From: an uncultured Holophaga sp.
Lineage (GTDB): Bacteria; Acidobacteriota; Holophagae; Holophagales; Holophagaceae
Direction of reading: 5' to 3'
Length of the DNA: 64,000 nt
NCBI GenBank assembly: GCA_963664825.1
Contig: OY761614.1
Coordinates: 2,304,001 to 2,368,000, forward strand
Shown one piece after another: positions 10,201-18,690 of the stretch (position 1 is the stretch's first letter; every line of letters starts with the position of its first letter). Both the position numbers and the translations under genes were made by a program. The notes beneath the pieces are model-generated. The model searched no databases and was not told the origin of the DNA. It was given only the letters and a program-made list of their open reading frames with translations.

Positions 10201-10365
10201 CTCTTCGGCTTTGGCGGCTCTGAACTGGAACGCCCCCTCGCCATCGCGATGGTGGGCGGGCTCATCACGAGCACGCTGTTCACGCTGCTCGCGCTGCCCA
10301 GCTTCTATGCCTGGGTCGCTAAGCCCAAAGGCGATGGATCCCCTCTTGAGGAGGGAAAGCAATAG
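7201..10365 (+). CDS. Heavy-metal efflux RND permease (CusA/CzcA family)
   Basis: DLFPD, GLLVDASVIMVEN, RVRPKLMT, PLAIAMVGGL motifs; 1054 aa. Confidence 0.92.
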   Translation: MAIDPNLPNGSEIPVGPTMPHGPSAAYVPQHRTPIRRWFDWLLPRKGWVFAISIAWCLAGVFTFLSLKRDLFPDMSLPILSVLIQSPGRATPELELSVAQPTEQALGGMPGVKRVNTVVLPELVQVVVTFEGDTDPWRARQLVAERLSGVVGSFPSGTRPPLMSSASGRLHELMEIVLEGEKVDPMRLRDHTDQVLAPRLQAVPGVARVERLGGQERSLQITLIPEKVRNLGVGLDRVMAALEQSHQDLAVGVLEIQDKGWYMSVGNLAATPGEVRQLPVQAAKGIVTLGEIAEIREAPAFRRGLARHNGHEDVSLRIVKQPTAATLDVAEGVRAAVAELQKGLPEGMRLEVIYDQGRLVTSALDGVTLALLVGGIFVAIVLVVLLGNLRGAALVLVVLPLATFGAAIPLHFAGLGLNAMTLGGLAISVGLLVDASVIMVENLAHRLHEHQEHVEPRRVALTRAAAEVSTPILIAVLVILAVFIPLLSMGGIAGKLYAPLAMAVASSMTISLILTFTLVPALVERFLPPGTSLEEPRFVTALKRVYQPALDWALHHGPLVCVVAMALTIPSIWLAMRLGTNFLPTLDERAFMLLSKVPAESSLEAVDQANIHLDSRLKAIPGVQSVYRRSGRADVTEDPCPITDSEIMVILNPDADERAVGKKVLEAAEVMPFPVEVNTPMQERIAEGIGGTPADIQVKLFNRNLEAIRGVLPELREHLSKLEGVRSVTTDTPDPMPRWRAILDEEALRRLGVPRTLVAKTLQSALQGLESEIRFDGPQRIERIVRFPNDGRVSPETLKDTPLILEDGRALSLGQVIRFVEAYTPTLVRRESAQRRIGLNIRTTGDLGRTAKRIEKAMEGLKLPEGTSVQLGGKIEEARETQRRLGIAIAAALSLVVGLLYLALQRWKEVFVVVATLPDAFAGALFALWLAGETWNISSIVGMIGLFGVAVQNSLVLITQAKDAMKKGVPFETALREASLGRVRPKLMTAGAAILGLMPMLFGFGGSELERPLAIAMVGGLITSTLFTLLALPSFYAWVAKPKGDGSPLEEGKQ

Positions 10366-10472
10366 CCTCCACGCACTCCCGTGATAGGGGAATGCTGTTC
10401 CGTGAACGCTGAGCGGCATTCCCCGATGTACAGCCAGAGATGGCGGATGCGATTTCTGGTTCAGCTTTTCCC

Positions 10473-11027
10473 TTAGGCCCCAGCTGCTCTGTCCCGGTAC
10501 CCGCGCCAGGCCAGCCAGGAACAGCATAGGAAGATCCCCAACCAGGCCAGATGGCGCATGGTGGCGGCGTAGGCCAGGTCCTTGGCCAGCACGCCCCAGG
10601 CTCCGAAGAGGGCCGCCCAATCGTGCTCGCCGCCGCCGGCCAGGGGCAGCACCTGCTCCCGGGCATCGGCCATGTAGCGGGCGATATTGAAGCCGTTCTG
10701 GAAGAACCACACGCCCGAGAGGGCCGCGCCCAGGGGCTGGCGCTTGTACCAGCAGGAGCCCGCCACCAGGGCGGGGACCAGGAGCTGCATGAGGGTGCCG
10801 CCCAGGATATGCAGGGTTTCCCCGAAGGGGCTGAAGAGCGGATGGCCCGCCTCATGGAAGACCAGATTGAGGCTATCGAGCACCGGGATCCAACCGTCGG
10901 CGCTCCTCAGGTAGATCAGGAGTGCCAGGGCCACGGCGCCCAGCGCCGTGAACAGGCCGGGCAGGGTCACCTTCTCCCAGGGGCTTTCCCAAACTTCCCG
11001 GAGATGCTCGAGTCCGTCGGTGATCAT
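10473..11027 (-). CDS. Membrane protein with HExxH motif (M50-like)
   Basis: LVFHEAGH..HDW with several TM helices; start uncertain. Confidence 0.65.
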   Translation of the reverse strand: MITDGLEHLREVWESPWEKVTLPGLFTALGAVALALLIYLRSADGWIPVLDSLNLVFHEAGHPLFSPFGETLHILGGTLMQLLVPALVAGSCWYKRQPLGAALSGVWFFQNGFNIARYMADAREQVLPLAGGGEHDWAALFGAWGVLAKDLAYAATMRHLAWLGIFLCCSWLAWRGYRDRAAGA

Positions 11028-11088
11028 CGGGATCCATCTCACCATGAATGGGGAAACCCTGCTCGCAGAACCGCTATCCTGAGCAGGC

Positions 11089-12015
11089 ATGAGCTTCGGA
11101 CCCTTCCATTCCCGACGGACTCCCGCCCCTTGGCGGATACCCCTCCTATTGTTCATTCTCCTGGTGGCCGTGGCCTTTCAGCATTGGTACGGGAGCCTCC
11201 CGTTCCGGCCCCTGACCTACCGGATCGGAACGGTGGATCCGCGTTTCGGGATGAGCCGGGAGGCCTTCTCGGAGGCCGTAGGCCAGGCGGTTTCCCTCTG
11301 GAGGCGGGCGGTGCCCCGGGAACTCTTCCGGGAGGCCCCTGAGGGCATCCTGGAGATCAATCTGGTCTACGACTACCGCCAGGAAGCTGCGGAGCGCCTG
11401 AAGGCCCTGAGCTTGAGGCTCGATGACACCCAGGGCAGCTTCGAGAGCCTGAAGGTCCGCTTCCAGGCCCTCAAGGAGGAATCGGACCAGAAGGGGGCCG
11501 CCCTGGCCCAGGGCTTCAGCGCCTACAACGCCCGGGTCAGCGCCTTCAATGCCCAGAGCGAGGCCGCGCGGCGCAACCCCGTCAGCGAGGGGGCCTTCCG
11601 GCGCCTGGAGGCCGAGCGCCTTGAGCTCGCCGAGGCGAAGGCGCAGCTGGGGCTCCGCCAGGAGGAACTGAAGGCACTCTCCCAGGACCTCAATAGCCTG
11701 GTGGTGGTCCTCAATGAATTCGCCGCGAACCATAATCTGGATCTGGTGGACTATCGCCGGACCGGAGATAGCCTGGGGCCGGAGTTCTCTGAGGGGGAAT
11801 ACGTCCAGACCGGTGGGCGCCGCACCATCACCATCTACCACTTCCCCGGCCCGGATGGATTGGTGCGGGTGCTGGCCCATGAATTGGGGCATGCCAAGGG
11901 CCTGGGGCACCTGGAAAATCCCCAGGCCGTCATGCACCGGCTCCTGCGGACCCAATCCCTGGAACTGACCCCCGAGGATATCCAGGCCATGCGTGTGAAG
12001 GCCGGTGTGCGCTAG
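11089..12015 (+). CDS. Matrixin (M10) family Zn metalloprotease with coiled-coil insert
   Basis: HELGHAKGLGH plus Met-turn AVM; N-terminal anchor. Confidence 0.85.
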   Translation: MSFGPFHSRRTPAPWRIPLLLFILLVAVAFQHWYGSLPFRPLTYRIGTVDPRFGMSREAFSEAVGQAVSLWRRAVPRELFREAPEGILEINLVYDYRQEAAERLKALSLRLDDTQGSFESLKVRFQALKEESDQKGAALAQGFSAYNARVSAFNAQSEAARRNPVSEGAFRRLEAERLELAEAKAQLGLRQEELKALSQDLNSLVVVLNEFAANHNLDLVDYRRTGDSLGPEFSEGEYVQTGGRRTITIYHFPGPDGLVRVLAHELGHAKGLGHLENPQAVMHRLLRTQSLELTPEDIQAMRVKAGVR

Positions 12016-13143
12016 CTAGAGGCCCGGGATCTCCAGCACGAATACGCTGCCCTTGGGCTGGTTGTCTTCCACCCAGATGCGCCCCTGGTGGGCCTCGGCC
12101 ACCAACTGACAGAAGGTGAGGCCCAGGCCTGAGCTGGAGCGAGTCTGGGCTTCCTCGTCCAGGCGCACGAATTTGCCGAAGACCATCTCCCGCAGGTGCT
12201 CTGGGATGCCTCGGCCCTCGTCCCGCACCTCCAGGCGCACGCTATTTTCCGCGGCTCGGGCTTCGATATGCGTGTGGCTGCCCAGGGGGGAATACTTCAG
12301 GGCGTTGTCGACGAGGTTCAAGAGGAGGCGGCGCAGGAAATCGGGATCGGCTTCCACCTCCAGGTCCGGGGGGCAGTGCCAGGCCAGGGCATGACCCCGG
12401 CGATGGGCCTGGGTCTCCACTTCCTGGAGCAGATGGGGGATCCAGGTGCCCAGGCTGATGCGGGTCTTGTGAAGTTCCAGCCCCATCTGTTCGGCGCGCC
12501 CGATATCCAGGATGTTCTGGATCATCCGGCCCATGTAGTGGGCCGTCTCCCGGAGGCGGAGCAGCTGGTTCTGGGTGGAGGGGACGTTGCCGCTCTGGTC
12601 GCTCAGGAGCTCCAGGCCCAGCTGGATGGTCGACAGGGGGTTCTTCAGATCGTGCACGATGAATTCGAAGAGATGTTCCCGCTGCTTCTGGAGATCAATG
12701 AGGGTATCCCGCTCGGCCTGGATTTCCGACTGAAGGCGTTTGAGGCGCATGAGGCTGCGGATTCGGACGATGAGTTCGGCGGCCAGGACCGGTTTCCGGA
12801 GGAAGTCATCCCCCTTGGCCCGGAAGGCATCGGCGTGGATCTCCGGCCGTTCGTCGGCCGTGAGGAAGATGATGGGCAGCAGGTCGCCGCCGGGCAGGGC
12901 CCGAATGCGGCGGCAGGTTTCCAGGCCATCCATCCCGGGCATGAGGATATCCAGCAGCACCAGATCGGGCTGATAGGTGTACAGAAGCTGGAGGGCTTCC
13001 TCTCCGCTGGAGGCCGCTTCCATCTGGTAGTGACCGCGCTCCAGCATGGCGCGGAGGCTCCTGCGTGCCATGGCGTCGTCATCGACCACCAGGATGCGGG
13101 CTCCGTGGTCGGCTCGGCGAATCAAGATTGGTTCACTATCCAT
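12016..13143 (-). CDS. Hybrid REC-histidine kinase
   Basis: ILVVDD/LDILMP receiver; HDLKNPL, NLVDNALKY, DEGRGI, GLGL. Confidence 0.93.
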   Translation of the reverse strand: MDSEPILIRRADHGARILVVDDDAMARRSLRAMLERGHYQMEAASSGEEALQLLYTYQPDLVLLDILMPGMDGLETCRRIRALPGGDLLPIIFLTADERPEIHADAFRAKGDDFLRKPVLAAELIVRIRSLMRLKRLQSEIQAERDTLIDLQKQREHLFEFIVHDLKNPLSTIQLGLELLSDQSGNVPSTQNQLLRLRETAHYMGRMIQNILDIGRAEQMGLELHKTRISLGTWIPHLLQEVETQAHRRGHALAWHCPPDLEVEADPDFLRRLLLNLVDNALKYSPLGSHTHIEARAAENSVRLEVRDEGRGIPEHLREMVFGKFVRLDEEAQTRSSSGLGLTFCQLVAEAHQGRIWVEDNQPKGSVFVLEIPGL

Positions 13144-13273
13144 TTCGGCCCATGGTGAAAACTCTCCAAAGCCTCCCCGAGGCGCTCCTATTTTGCAAGG
13201 ATGTCAGAGGAAAAGAATTCCTTGATGATCGCGGAGGGATCGCTCGGAGTCCAGGTACCAGTTCTCCCCAGCA

Positions 13274-13939
13274 TCACCTGTGCTGTCGGTGGCGCTCCAC
13301 GATCCAGGCCACGACCTCATCGAGGGTCATGGCGCTGGAATCCAGCTCCACGGCGCTCTCGGCCCTTCGCAGGGGGGCCACGGCGCGGGTGGAATCGGCA
13401 TGATCCCGCTGCTGCTGATCGGCCAAGATCTCCTCCAGGGTCAGGGGCGAACCCTTGGATTGCAGCTCCAGGAAGCGCCGCTGGGCCCGGGTCTCGGCGC
13501 TGGCGGTGAGAAATATCTTGCAGCAGGCCTGGGGAAAGACCACGGTGCCGATATCCCGGCCATCCACCACCCAGCTTCCGCTGGCGCCGATGGCCCGCTG
13601 TTGATCCACCAGGACCTCGCGCACCCGGGCGTTGGCGCTCACGGGCGTCACGAGCTTGGTCACCTCCGGAGTGCGGATGGCCTCGCTCACGTCTTCTCCA
13701 TTGAGCAGCTCGCGGGCGCCCAGCTGCTGGATGTGGAGGGCGCCCAGCACGCGTTCCAGGCCCTTGGAATCCGAGGGCTTCACCTGGGCCCGGTGCAGCG
13801 CCAGGGCCGTGGCCCGGTACATCGCCCCCGTATCCAGGTAGGACCAGCCCAGCTCCTGGGCCACCCGCCGGGCAGCTGTGGATTTCCCGACGCCACTGGG
13901 GCCGTCGAGGGCGATGAGGGAGAGCGGAGCAGGCGTCAT
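13274..13939 (-). CDS. cmk: Cytidylate kinase
   Basis: DGPSGVGKST, LDTGAMYR, DGRDIGTVV. Confidence 0.97.
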   Translation of the reverse strand: MTPAPLSLIALDGPSGVGKSTAARRVAQELGWSYLDTGAMYRATALALHRAQVKPSDSKGLERVLGALHIQQLGARELLNGEDVSEAIRTPEVTKLVTPVSANARVREVLVDQQRAIGASGSWVVDGRDIGTVVFPQACCKIFLTASAETRAQRRFLELQSKGSPLTLEEILADQQQRDHADSTRAVAPLRRAESAVELDSSAMTLDEVVAWIVERHRQHR

Positions 13940-14172
13940 GGTGGGTCCAGTCTAAGGCGAAGGCTTGAGCATCCGGGTGGGAGAGCCTGGAGAGAAGCGA
14001 GGGGGTCAGCCGCGATTGGGCGGTCCCGAGAACTTCGGGGCTCCTCTCAAATGTACAACGATTCAGGCCGAAGATGGCCCAGGCATTAGGTTTCCTGATC
14101 TGGAGCGGGACCCCTGACGCGGATGTTTTTTCCGAGAAAGCCATGCGGGAAGGGCTATCCTGGCGGGAGGAG

Positions 14173-15360
14173 ATGCCCATGCTCATCGAGGAAAAGATCC
14201 GCCAGGCTGGCGCGCTGCTGAAGGAATTCCACCTGGATTGCTGGATCACCTTCACCCGGGAGACGGAGATCAATGGAGACCCCGTGCTGGCCTTCCTCAG
14301 CCCCGGGGATCTCACCTGGCATTCCAGCTTCATCATCACGGCCGACGGCCGCTCCCGGGCCATCGTGGGGCGCTACGATCGCGCCGCCATCGAAGAAATG
14401 GGCGTCTACGACGAGGTCTACGATTTCGTCACGGGCTTCAAGGAACCCTTCCAGCAGGTGATGAAGGCTCTCGCGCCCAGGACCATCGGCGTGAACTTCT
14501 CCGAGGGCAGCGAGATCTGCGATGGCCTCACCCACGGGATGTATCTCACCCTCCAGAAGACCCTCGGGGAGATCGGCTTGGGGGACCGCCTGGTCTCGGC
14601 CGAACCCGTGGTCTCGGCCCTGCGGGAGCGCAAATCGCCGGGGGAACTGGCCTCCATCCGCCAAGCCATCCGGGAGGCCCAGGAGATCTTCGCCCTGGTC
14701 CAGGGCTTCATCACCGTGGGGCGCAGCGAGAAGGAGATCGGCGCATTCATGAGGGCCGAGGTGCGCCGCCGGGGCCTGGGCTTTGCCTGGGGCGAGGATC
14801 ATTGCCCTTCCGTCTTCACCGGCCCGGATACGGCGGAGGCCCATTACGGCCCCACGGACCGCCGGGTGGAGCCCGGACACCTCGTCACCATGGACTTCGG
14901 TGTGAAGGTCGACGGCTACTGCTCGGATCTCCAGCGCACCTACTATGTGGCGCGCCCCGGCGAGACGGCCGCCCCGGAGGCCGTCCAGCGCGGTTTCCGG
15001 GTGTTGCGCCAGGCCGTGGAAGCCGCCAAGGCCGCCGTGAAGGCCGGTGGGCGCGGTCTGGATGTGGACGCCGCCGCCCGCAGGACGATTGTCGAGGCTG
15101 GCTATGAAGACTTTCCCTTCGGACTGGGCCATCAGGTGGGGCGCTTTCCCCACGATGGCACGGCCCTCTTCGGCCCTGCCTGGGAGAAATACGCGCAAAA
15201 GCCCTTCCGCCCCCTGGAACCCGGCATGGTCTTCACCCTGGAACCTCGCCTCACCGTGCCCGGCCACGGCATCGTCTCCCTGGAGGAGATGATCGTCGTC
15301 ACCGCCCAGGGCGCCGATTGGCTGAGCACGCCTCAGACCGAACTGCCCGTGCTGAACTGA
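14173..15360 (+). CDS. Xaa-Pro peptidase (M24 family)
   Basis: DFG..GYCSDLQRT, GLGHQVG, FTLEP, LEEM; RBS ggagga. Confidence 0.9.
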   Translation: MPMLIEEKIRQAGALLKEFHLDCWITFTRETEINGDPVLAFLSPGDLTWHSSFIITADGRSRAIVGRYDRAAIEEMGVYDEVYDFVTGFKEPFQQVMKALAPRTIGVNFSEGSEICDGLTHGMYLTLQKTLGEIGLGDRLVSAEPVVSALRERKSPGELASIRQAIREAQEIFALVQGFITVGRSEKEIGAFMRAEVRRRGLGFAWGEDHCPSVFTGPDTAEAHYGPTDRRVEPGHLVTMDFGVKVDGYCSDLQRTYYVARPGETAAPEAVQRGFRVLRQAVEAAKAAVKAGGRGLDVDAAARRTIVEAGYEDFPFGLGHQVGRFPHDGTALFGPAWEKYAQKPFRPLEPGMVFTLEPRLTVPGHGIVSLEEMIVVTAQGADWLSTPQTELPVLN

Positions 15361-15733
15361 GGCGCTGGGCCGCCCTTTCCACCGTGCTCCTGAGGATGCC
15401 ACGGTGGAAGGGCTGGACCGGGAGGAAGTAGAGACGCCCCCAGCGGTTATGGAAGAGCACCAACTTCTCTCCCGGCGCATAGCGGAATTCGGGTGCGAGC
15501 GTCTTGGCTGGGTCCGGCATGGCTCCGCCGAGGCCAAACACGCTCACCAAGCGGTTCCGCAGCTTCAGGAGCAGGAGCGCCCAGGGTGGACTCGTCGTGA
15601 AGATCGTCTGGGCCAGCTGATCGAGGGTGTATTCGCCCTCAGGCTGGAACTCCACACGGAAGCAATCCACGTAGCCCGGCGAACGCGGCAGGCCCTTCAG
15701 GATGATTGAATCCTTCGGTACCGCGTGCTGCAT
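15299..15733 (-). pseudogene. DUF2867-like protein with apparent internal deletion
   Basis: YVDCF, PPWALLLLKLRNRLV and FHNRWGRLYFLPVQPFH present; usual central segment appears missing near 15460; 3' end overlaps the peptidase. Confidence 0.55.
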
Positions 15734-15855
15734 GGATACGTGAACCATGTGTCGCCTCCGTGCTCTGCAAGGCTCCCATGGCTGCACCCCTTGGGGTGGG
15801 GTTGCGACAGGATGGGGTCGAGCTGGATGCGCGAGGTTGCGCAGCCAGAGAGGCG

Positions 15856-16074
15856 ATCAGCGTGCATCTGCGTTCATCATTGTTCAAAAAAATTCAACTC
15901 TGATGCACGCCGATGAACGCCGATAGAAGCCCTGAGACTGAGCTCTCGGCACCTCCTGTTGGGGGCGGTTGTCCCGTTCCTACACCGTGATGACCACGAT
16001 CTCCGGATCCACTTCGGCCTTGAGGATGCCCTCGATGGCCACCAGTGTTCCCGTGAGGCCTGCGGGGCAGGTGG
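15856..16074. repeat. Left direct repeat: family A palindrome plus duplicated nfu 3' end
   Basis: Near-identical to 17368-17577; hairpin arms 15856-15884 and 15896-15924. Confidence 0.95.
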
Positions 16075-16083
16075 GCCAAGATG

Positions 16084-17190
16084 TCATCCAGCAACCTCAG
16101 ACTCTTGAGCGCCGGCCTTGGATGTCACGTAAAGCATCACTGCCGCCTGAAGTCTGTCTACGTGCTTGTAAATATCATCCAGATCTGTGATGTAGATCCG
16201 CTCTTCCTGGTGACCGGCCTCGAAGATCCCAATGGACTTCTTCTTGGGCGAGTTGAAGTAGAACCGGCAAATGGGTTTCCGGTTGTTGTCGTCGAAAAGG
16301 ACAGCGCAGTAGCTCTTTGCATCGCGCATGACCACACGCTTAGCCGGAACCAATTCACGGAGGATGGCTCGAACAATGTAAAAGGCCTCCATTTCCTCGG
16401 CGGTGGTTACGATTCCATCGTCAAGGTCTCCATCTGTAGCATCCTGGGGAGTGGAGGCAACTTCAACTTCCTCGGGGTTGGCGGCCATGGCGGCTTTGAG
16501 GCGGTCTTGGATCCGTTCTGCAACCAATTGAGTGAAGGCCCTGCGCACGAGGTTGGAAAATTGGTCCCGGACCTGCTGTGTGAATTTCCCGGAGTAGACG
16601 CGACTCGCGATGACTTTTACGAAATCTTCGGAAGGGGTGTTCAATTGAACACTGAGCACCTTCTGGATTTCCTTTAGGTATTTGAGGTCACTGGCGGTGG
16701 ATAGGATCTTAGGAAGGTCGAATGCTTCCTTGGCGAACTTCCGGAGTTCCTCAATATTCTGATCGTCCCAGTCCAGAAGATCGAATTCGAAAAACGGTTT
16801 GTCGTCCATCTTGTTCGTTTGGTCCAAATCCGTATAGAACTGATAGACAAGGCCGTTGGTGAGGATGCCGAACCGCGCTTCGGTGACGCTGAAATACCGG
16901 AATAACTGGGCTGCATGATTGATGTTCAGATCGGCACCGACCTTCTTGCATTCAAAGATCATGATGGGCTTGCCGTCCCGCATGATGGCATAGTCCACCT
17001 TCTCACCTTTCTTGGTTCCCACATCTGCAACGAGTTCCGGGGTGACTTCGCGGGGATCGAAGACGTTGTAGCCCAAGGCATGGATGAAAGGCATCACCAT
17101 GGCTGTCTTGGTGGCCTCCTCCGTTTGGATGGCCTCGCGATGCAAGGCGACACGCGAAGCGAGCGAACGAATGGCGTCGGTAAATTCCAT
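16084..17190 (-). CDS. Stand-alone HsdR N-terminal-like PD-(D/E)XK nuclease (COG4748-like)
   Basis: TEEATK..PFIHALGY, KVDYAI, IFECK, QLFRYF, ILTNG; RBS aggagg. Confidence 0.85.
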   Translation of the reverse strand: MEFTDAIRSLASRVALHREAIQTEEATKTAMVMPFIHALGYNVFDPREVTPELVADVGTKKGEKVDYAIMRDGKPIMIFECKKVGADLNINHAAQLFRYFSVTEARFGILTNGLVYQFYTDLDQTNKMDDKPFFEFDLLDWDDQNIEELRKFAKEAFDLPKILSTASDLKYLKEIQKVLSVQLNTPSEDFVKVIASRVYSGKFTQQVRDQFSNLVRRAFTQLVAERIQDRLKAAMAANPEEVEVASTPQDATDGDLDDGIVTTAEEMEAFYIVRAILRELVPAKRVVMRDAKSYCAVLFDDNNRKPICRFYFNSPKKKSIGIFEAGHQEERIYITDLDDIYKHVDRLQAAVMLYVTSKAGAQESEVAG

Positions 17191-17367
17191 GTACCCTCCT
17201 GGTCTTGAACTTACCGTTCATTATGTCCTAATCGCTGGATCTGCGCCTAAATGTTTCTCGATTGGCGACCCAGGCCACAGAAACCCCTCTTGGGGGCATG
17301 AAACCCCAAAAAACAAAAATTCCCATCACAAGTGGTGCAGTGAGATGTAGGGCTATGGGGAAGTCGC

Positions 17368-17577
17368 ATCAGCGTGCATCTGCGTTCATCATTGTTCAAA
17401 AAAATTCAACTCTGATGCACTCCGATAGAAGCCCTGAGACTGAGCTCTCGAAGGTTCCTGCTGGGGGCGGTTGTCCCGTTCCCTACACCGTGATGACCAC
17501 GATCTCCGGATCCACTTCGGCCTTGAGGATGCCCTCGATGGCCACCAGTGTGCCCGTGAGGCCCGCGGGGCAGGTGG
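17368..17577. repeat. Right direct repeat: family A palindrome plus native nfu 3' end
   Basis: Matches 15856-16074 but lacks one 10-mer unit in the hairpin arm. Confidence 0.95.
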
Positions 17578-18043
17578 TGCAGGCGCCCTGGTAGCGGATC
17601 ATCACCTGTTTCTCGTGGCGGCCGACGATCTCCAAACCTCCGCCATCGGCGGCCAGGGCGGGGAGGATCTGGATGGTGAGGACCTTGCGGACTTTCTCCA
17701 GGAACTCGTCATTGGGATCGCACTGGATGGAGGGGGGACCGGCCTTCTCTCTCCCCGCGGAGGGAGCCGTACCCAGGCCCTCGGCGGCGCGGATGGGGGG
17801 CGCTAGTTTGGGCAGCAGTTCGCTCCAGCCGATGTCGTCGTCCTTGGTGATGGTGAGAAACCTGTCCTGCATGAAGACCGATACGACGTGGCCCACGGCA
17901 AAGAGGGCCTTGGCCAGGGGATCGGCCTCGGCGATGGTGGCGTCGGGGAAGCTCTTGGGAAACCCCAGGGCCACCGGTTGGCGCAGCACGAACTTCACCG
18001 CGTTGGGATTGGGCGTGTATTCGATCTCGGCGATCTTGGGCAT
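17483..18043 (-). CDS. NifU/Nfu-type Fe-S carrier (Nfu_N plus NifU domain)
   Basis: TPNPNAVKF; LAADGG..YQGACTTCP. Confidence 0.9.
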   Translation of the reverse strand: MPKIAEIEYTPNPNAVKFVLRQPVALGFPKSFPDATIAEADPLAKALFAVGHVVSVFMQDRFLTITKDDDIGWSELLPKLAPPIRAAEGLGTAPSAGREKAGPPSIQCDPNDEFLEKVRKVLTIQILPALAADGGGLEIVGRHEKQVMIRYQGACTTCPAGLTGTLVAIEGILKAEVDPEIVVITV

Positions 18044-18086
18044 GGAGAACCTCTGATACCAAGTTGCAGTCAATAAAGATGAAAAC

Positions 18087-18193
18087 TCACCACGGAGGCA
18101 CGAAGGGCACGGAGATGATTTTGAATCGCCACGAGAGGCTTCACCCGTTTTCCTCTGGAATCATTCTCCGTGGACTCAGTGCCTCCGCGGTGA
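18087..18193. repeat. Family B palindromic element, copy 2 (between sufU and nfu)
   Basis: About 34-bp arms tcaccacggaggcacgaagggcacggagatgatt / aatcattctccgtggactcagtgcctccgcggtga. Confidence 0.85.
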
Positions 18194-18240
18194 ATCTGTT
18201 CTGCTGTACGCGAAACAGCCTGAATCCGGGGGTTAGCTGG

Positions 18241-18690
18241 CTATTCCGTCGAGACGCCATCCTGGCCTTCCAGGGCGCTGTGCAGGGTGGCCCAGGGGAG
18301 GACGGCGCATTTCACGCGGCTGGGGAGATCCTTCACACCCTGGAAGAGCGTGAGCTTGCCCAGGATGTGCGGATCAGTGGCGAGGTCCAGCTTGCCGCGG
18401 ATCATCTCCCGGAACTGTTCCACCATCTGCTGGGCCTCCTCCACCGTCTTGCCCTTGACGTTGACGGTCATCAGCGAGCTGGAGGCCTGGGAGATGGCAC
18501 ATCCATGCCCCTGGAACTTGAGGTCCTGGACGATGCCCTCCTCCACCACCACCGTGATCTCGATATCGTCGCCGCAGAGGGGATTGAGGCCGTGGGCGTG
18601 GTGGGTGCAGCCTTCCAGGGCCCCGAAGTTCCGGGGCTTCTTGTTGTGCTCCAGGATCACCTGCTGGTAGAGCTCGCGGGGGTCAGTCAT
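18241..18690 (-). CDS. sufU: SUF system NifU-like protein
   Basis: LYQQVILEH, NPLCGD, GCAISQAS, RVKCA. Confidence 0.93.
   Translation of the reverse strand: MTDPRELYQQVILEHNKKPRNFGALEGCTHHAHGLNPLCGDDIEITVVVEEGIVQDLKFQGHGCAISQASSSLMTVNVKGKTVEEAQQMVEQFREMIRGKLDLATDPHILGKLTLFQGVKDLPSRVKCAVLPWATLHSALEGQDGVSTE

Larger units (their letters stand above)
15856..17577 (-). mobile_element. Cargo cassette (HsdR_N nuclease) integrated at the nfu 3' end
   Basis: About 215-bp direct repeats flank one more AT-rich gene; no integrase or transposase inside. Confidence 0.65.
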
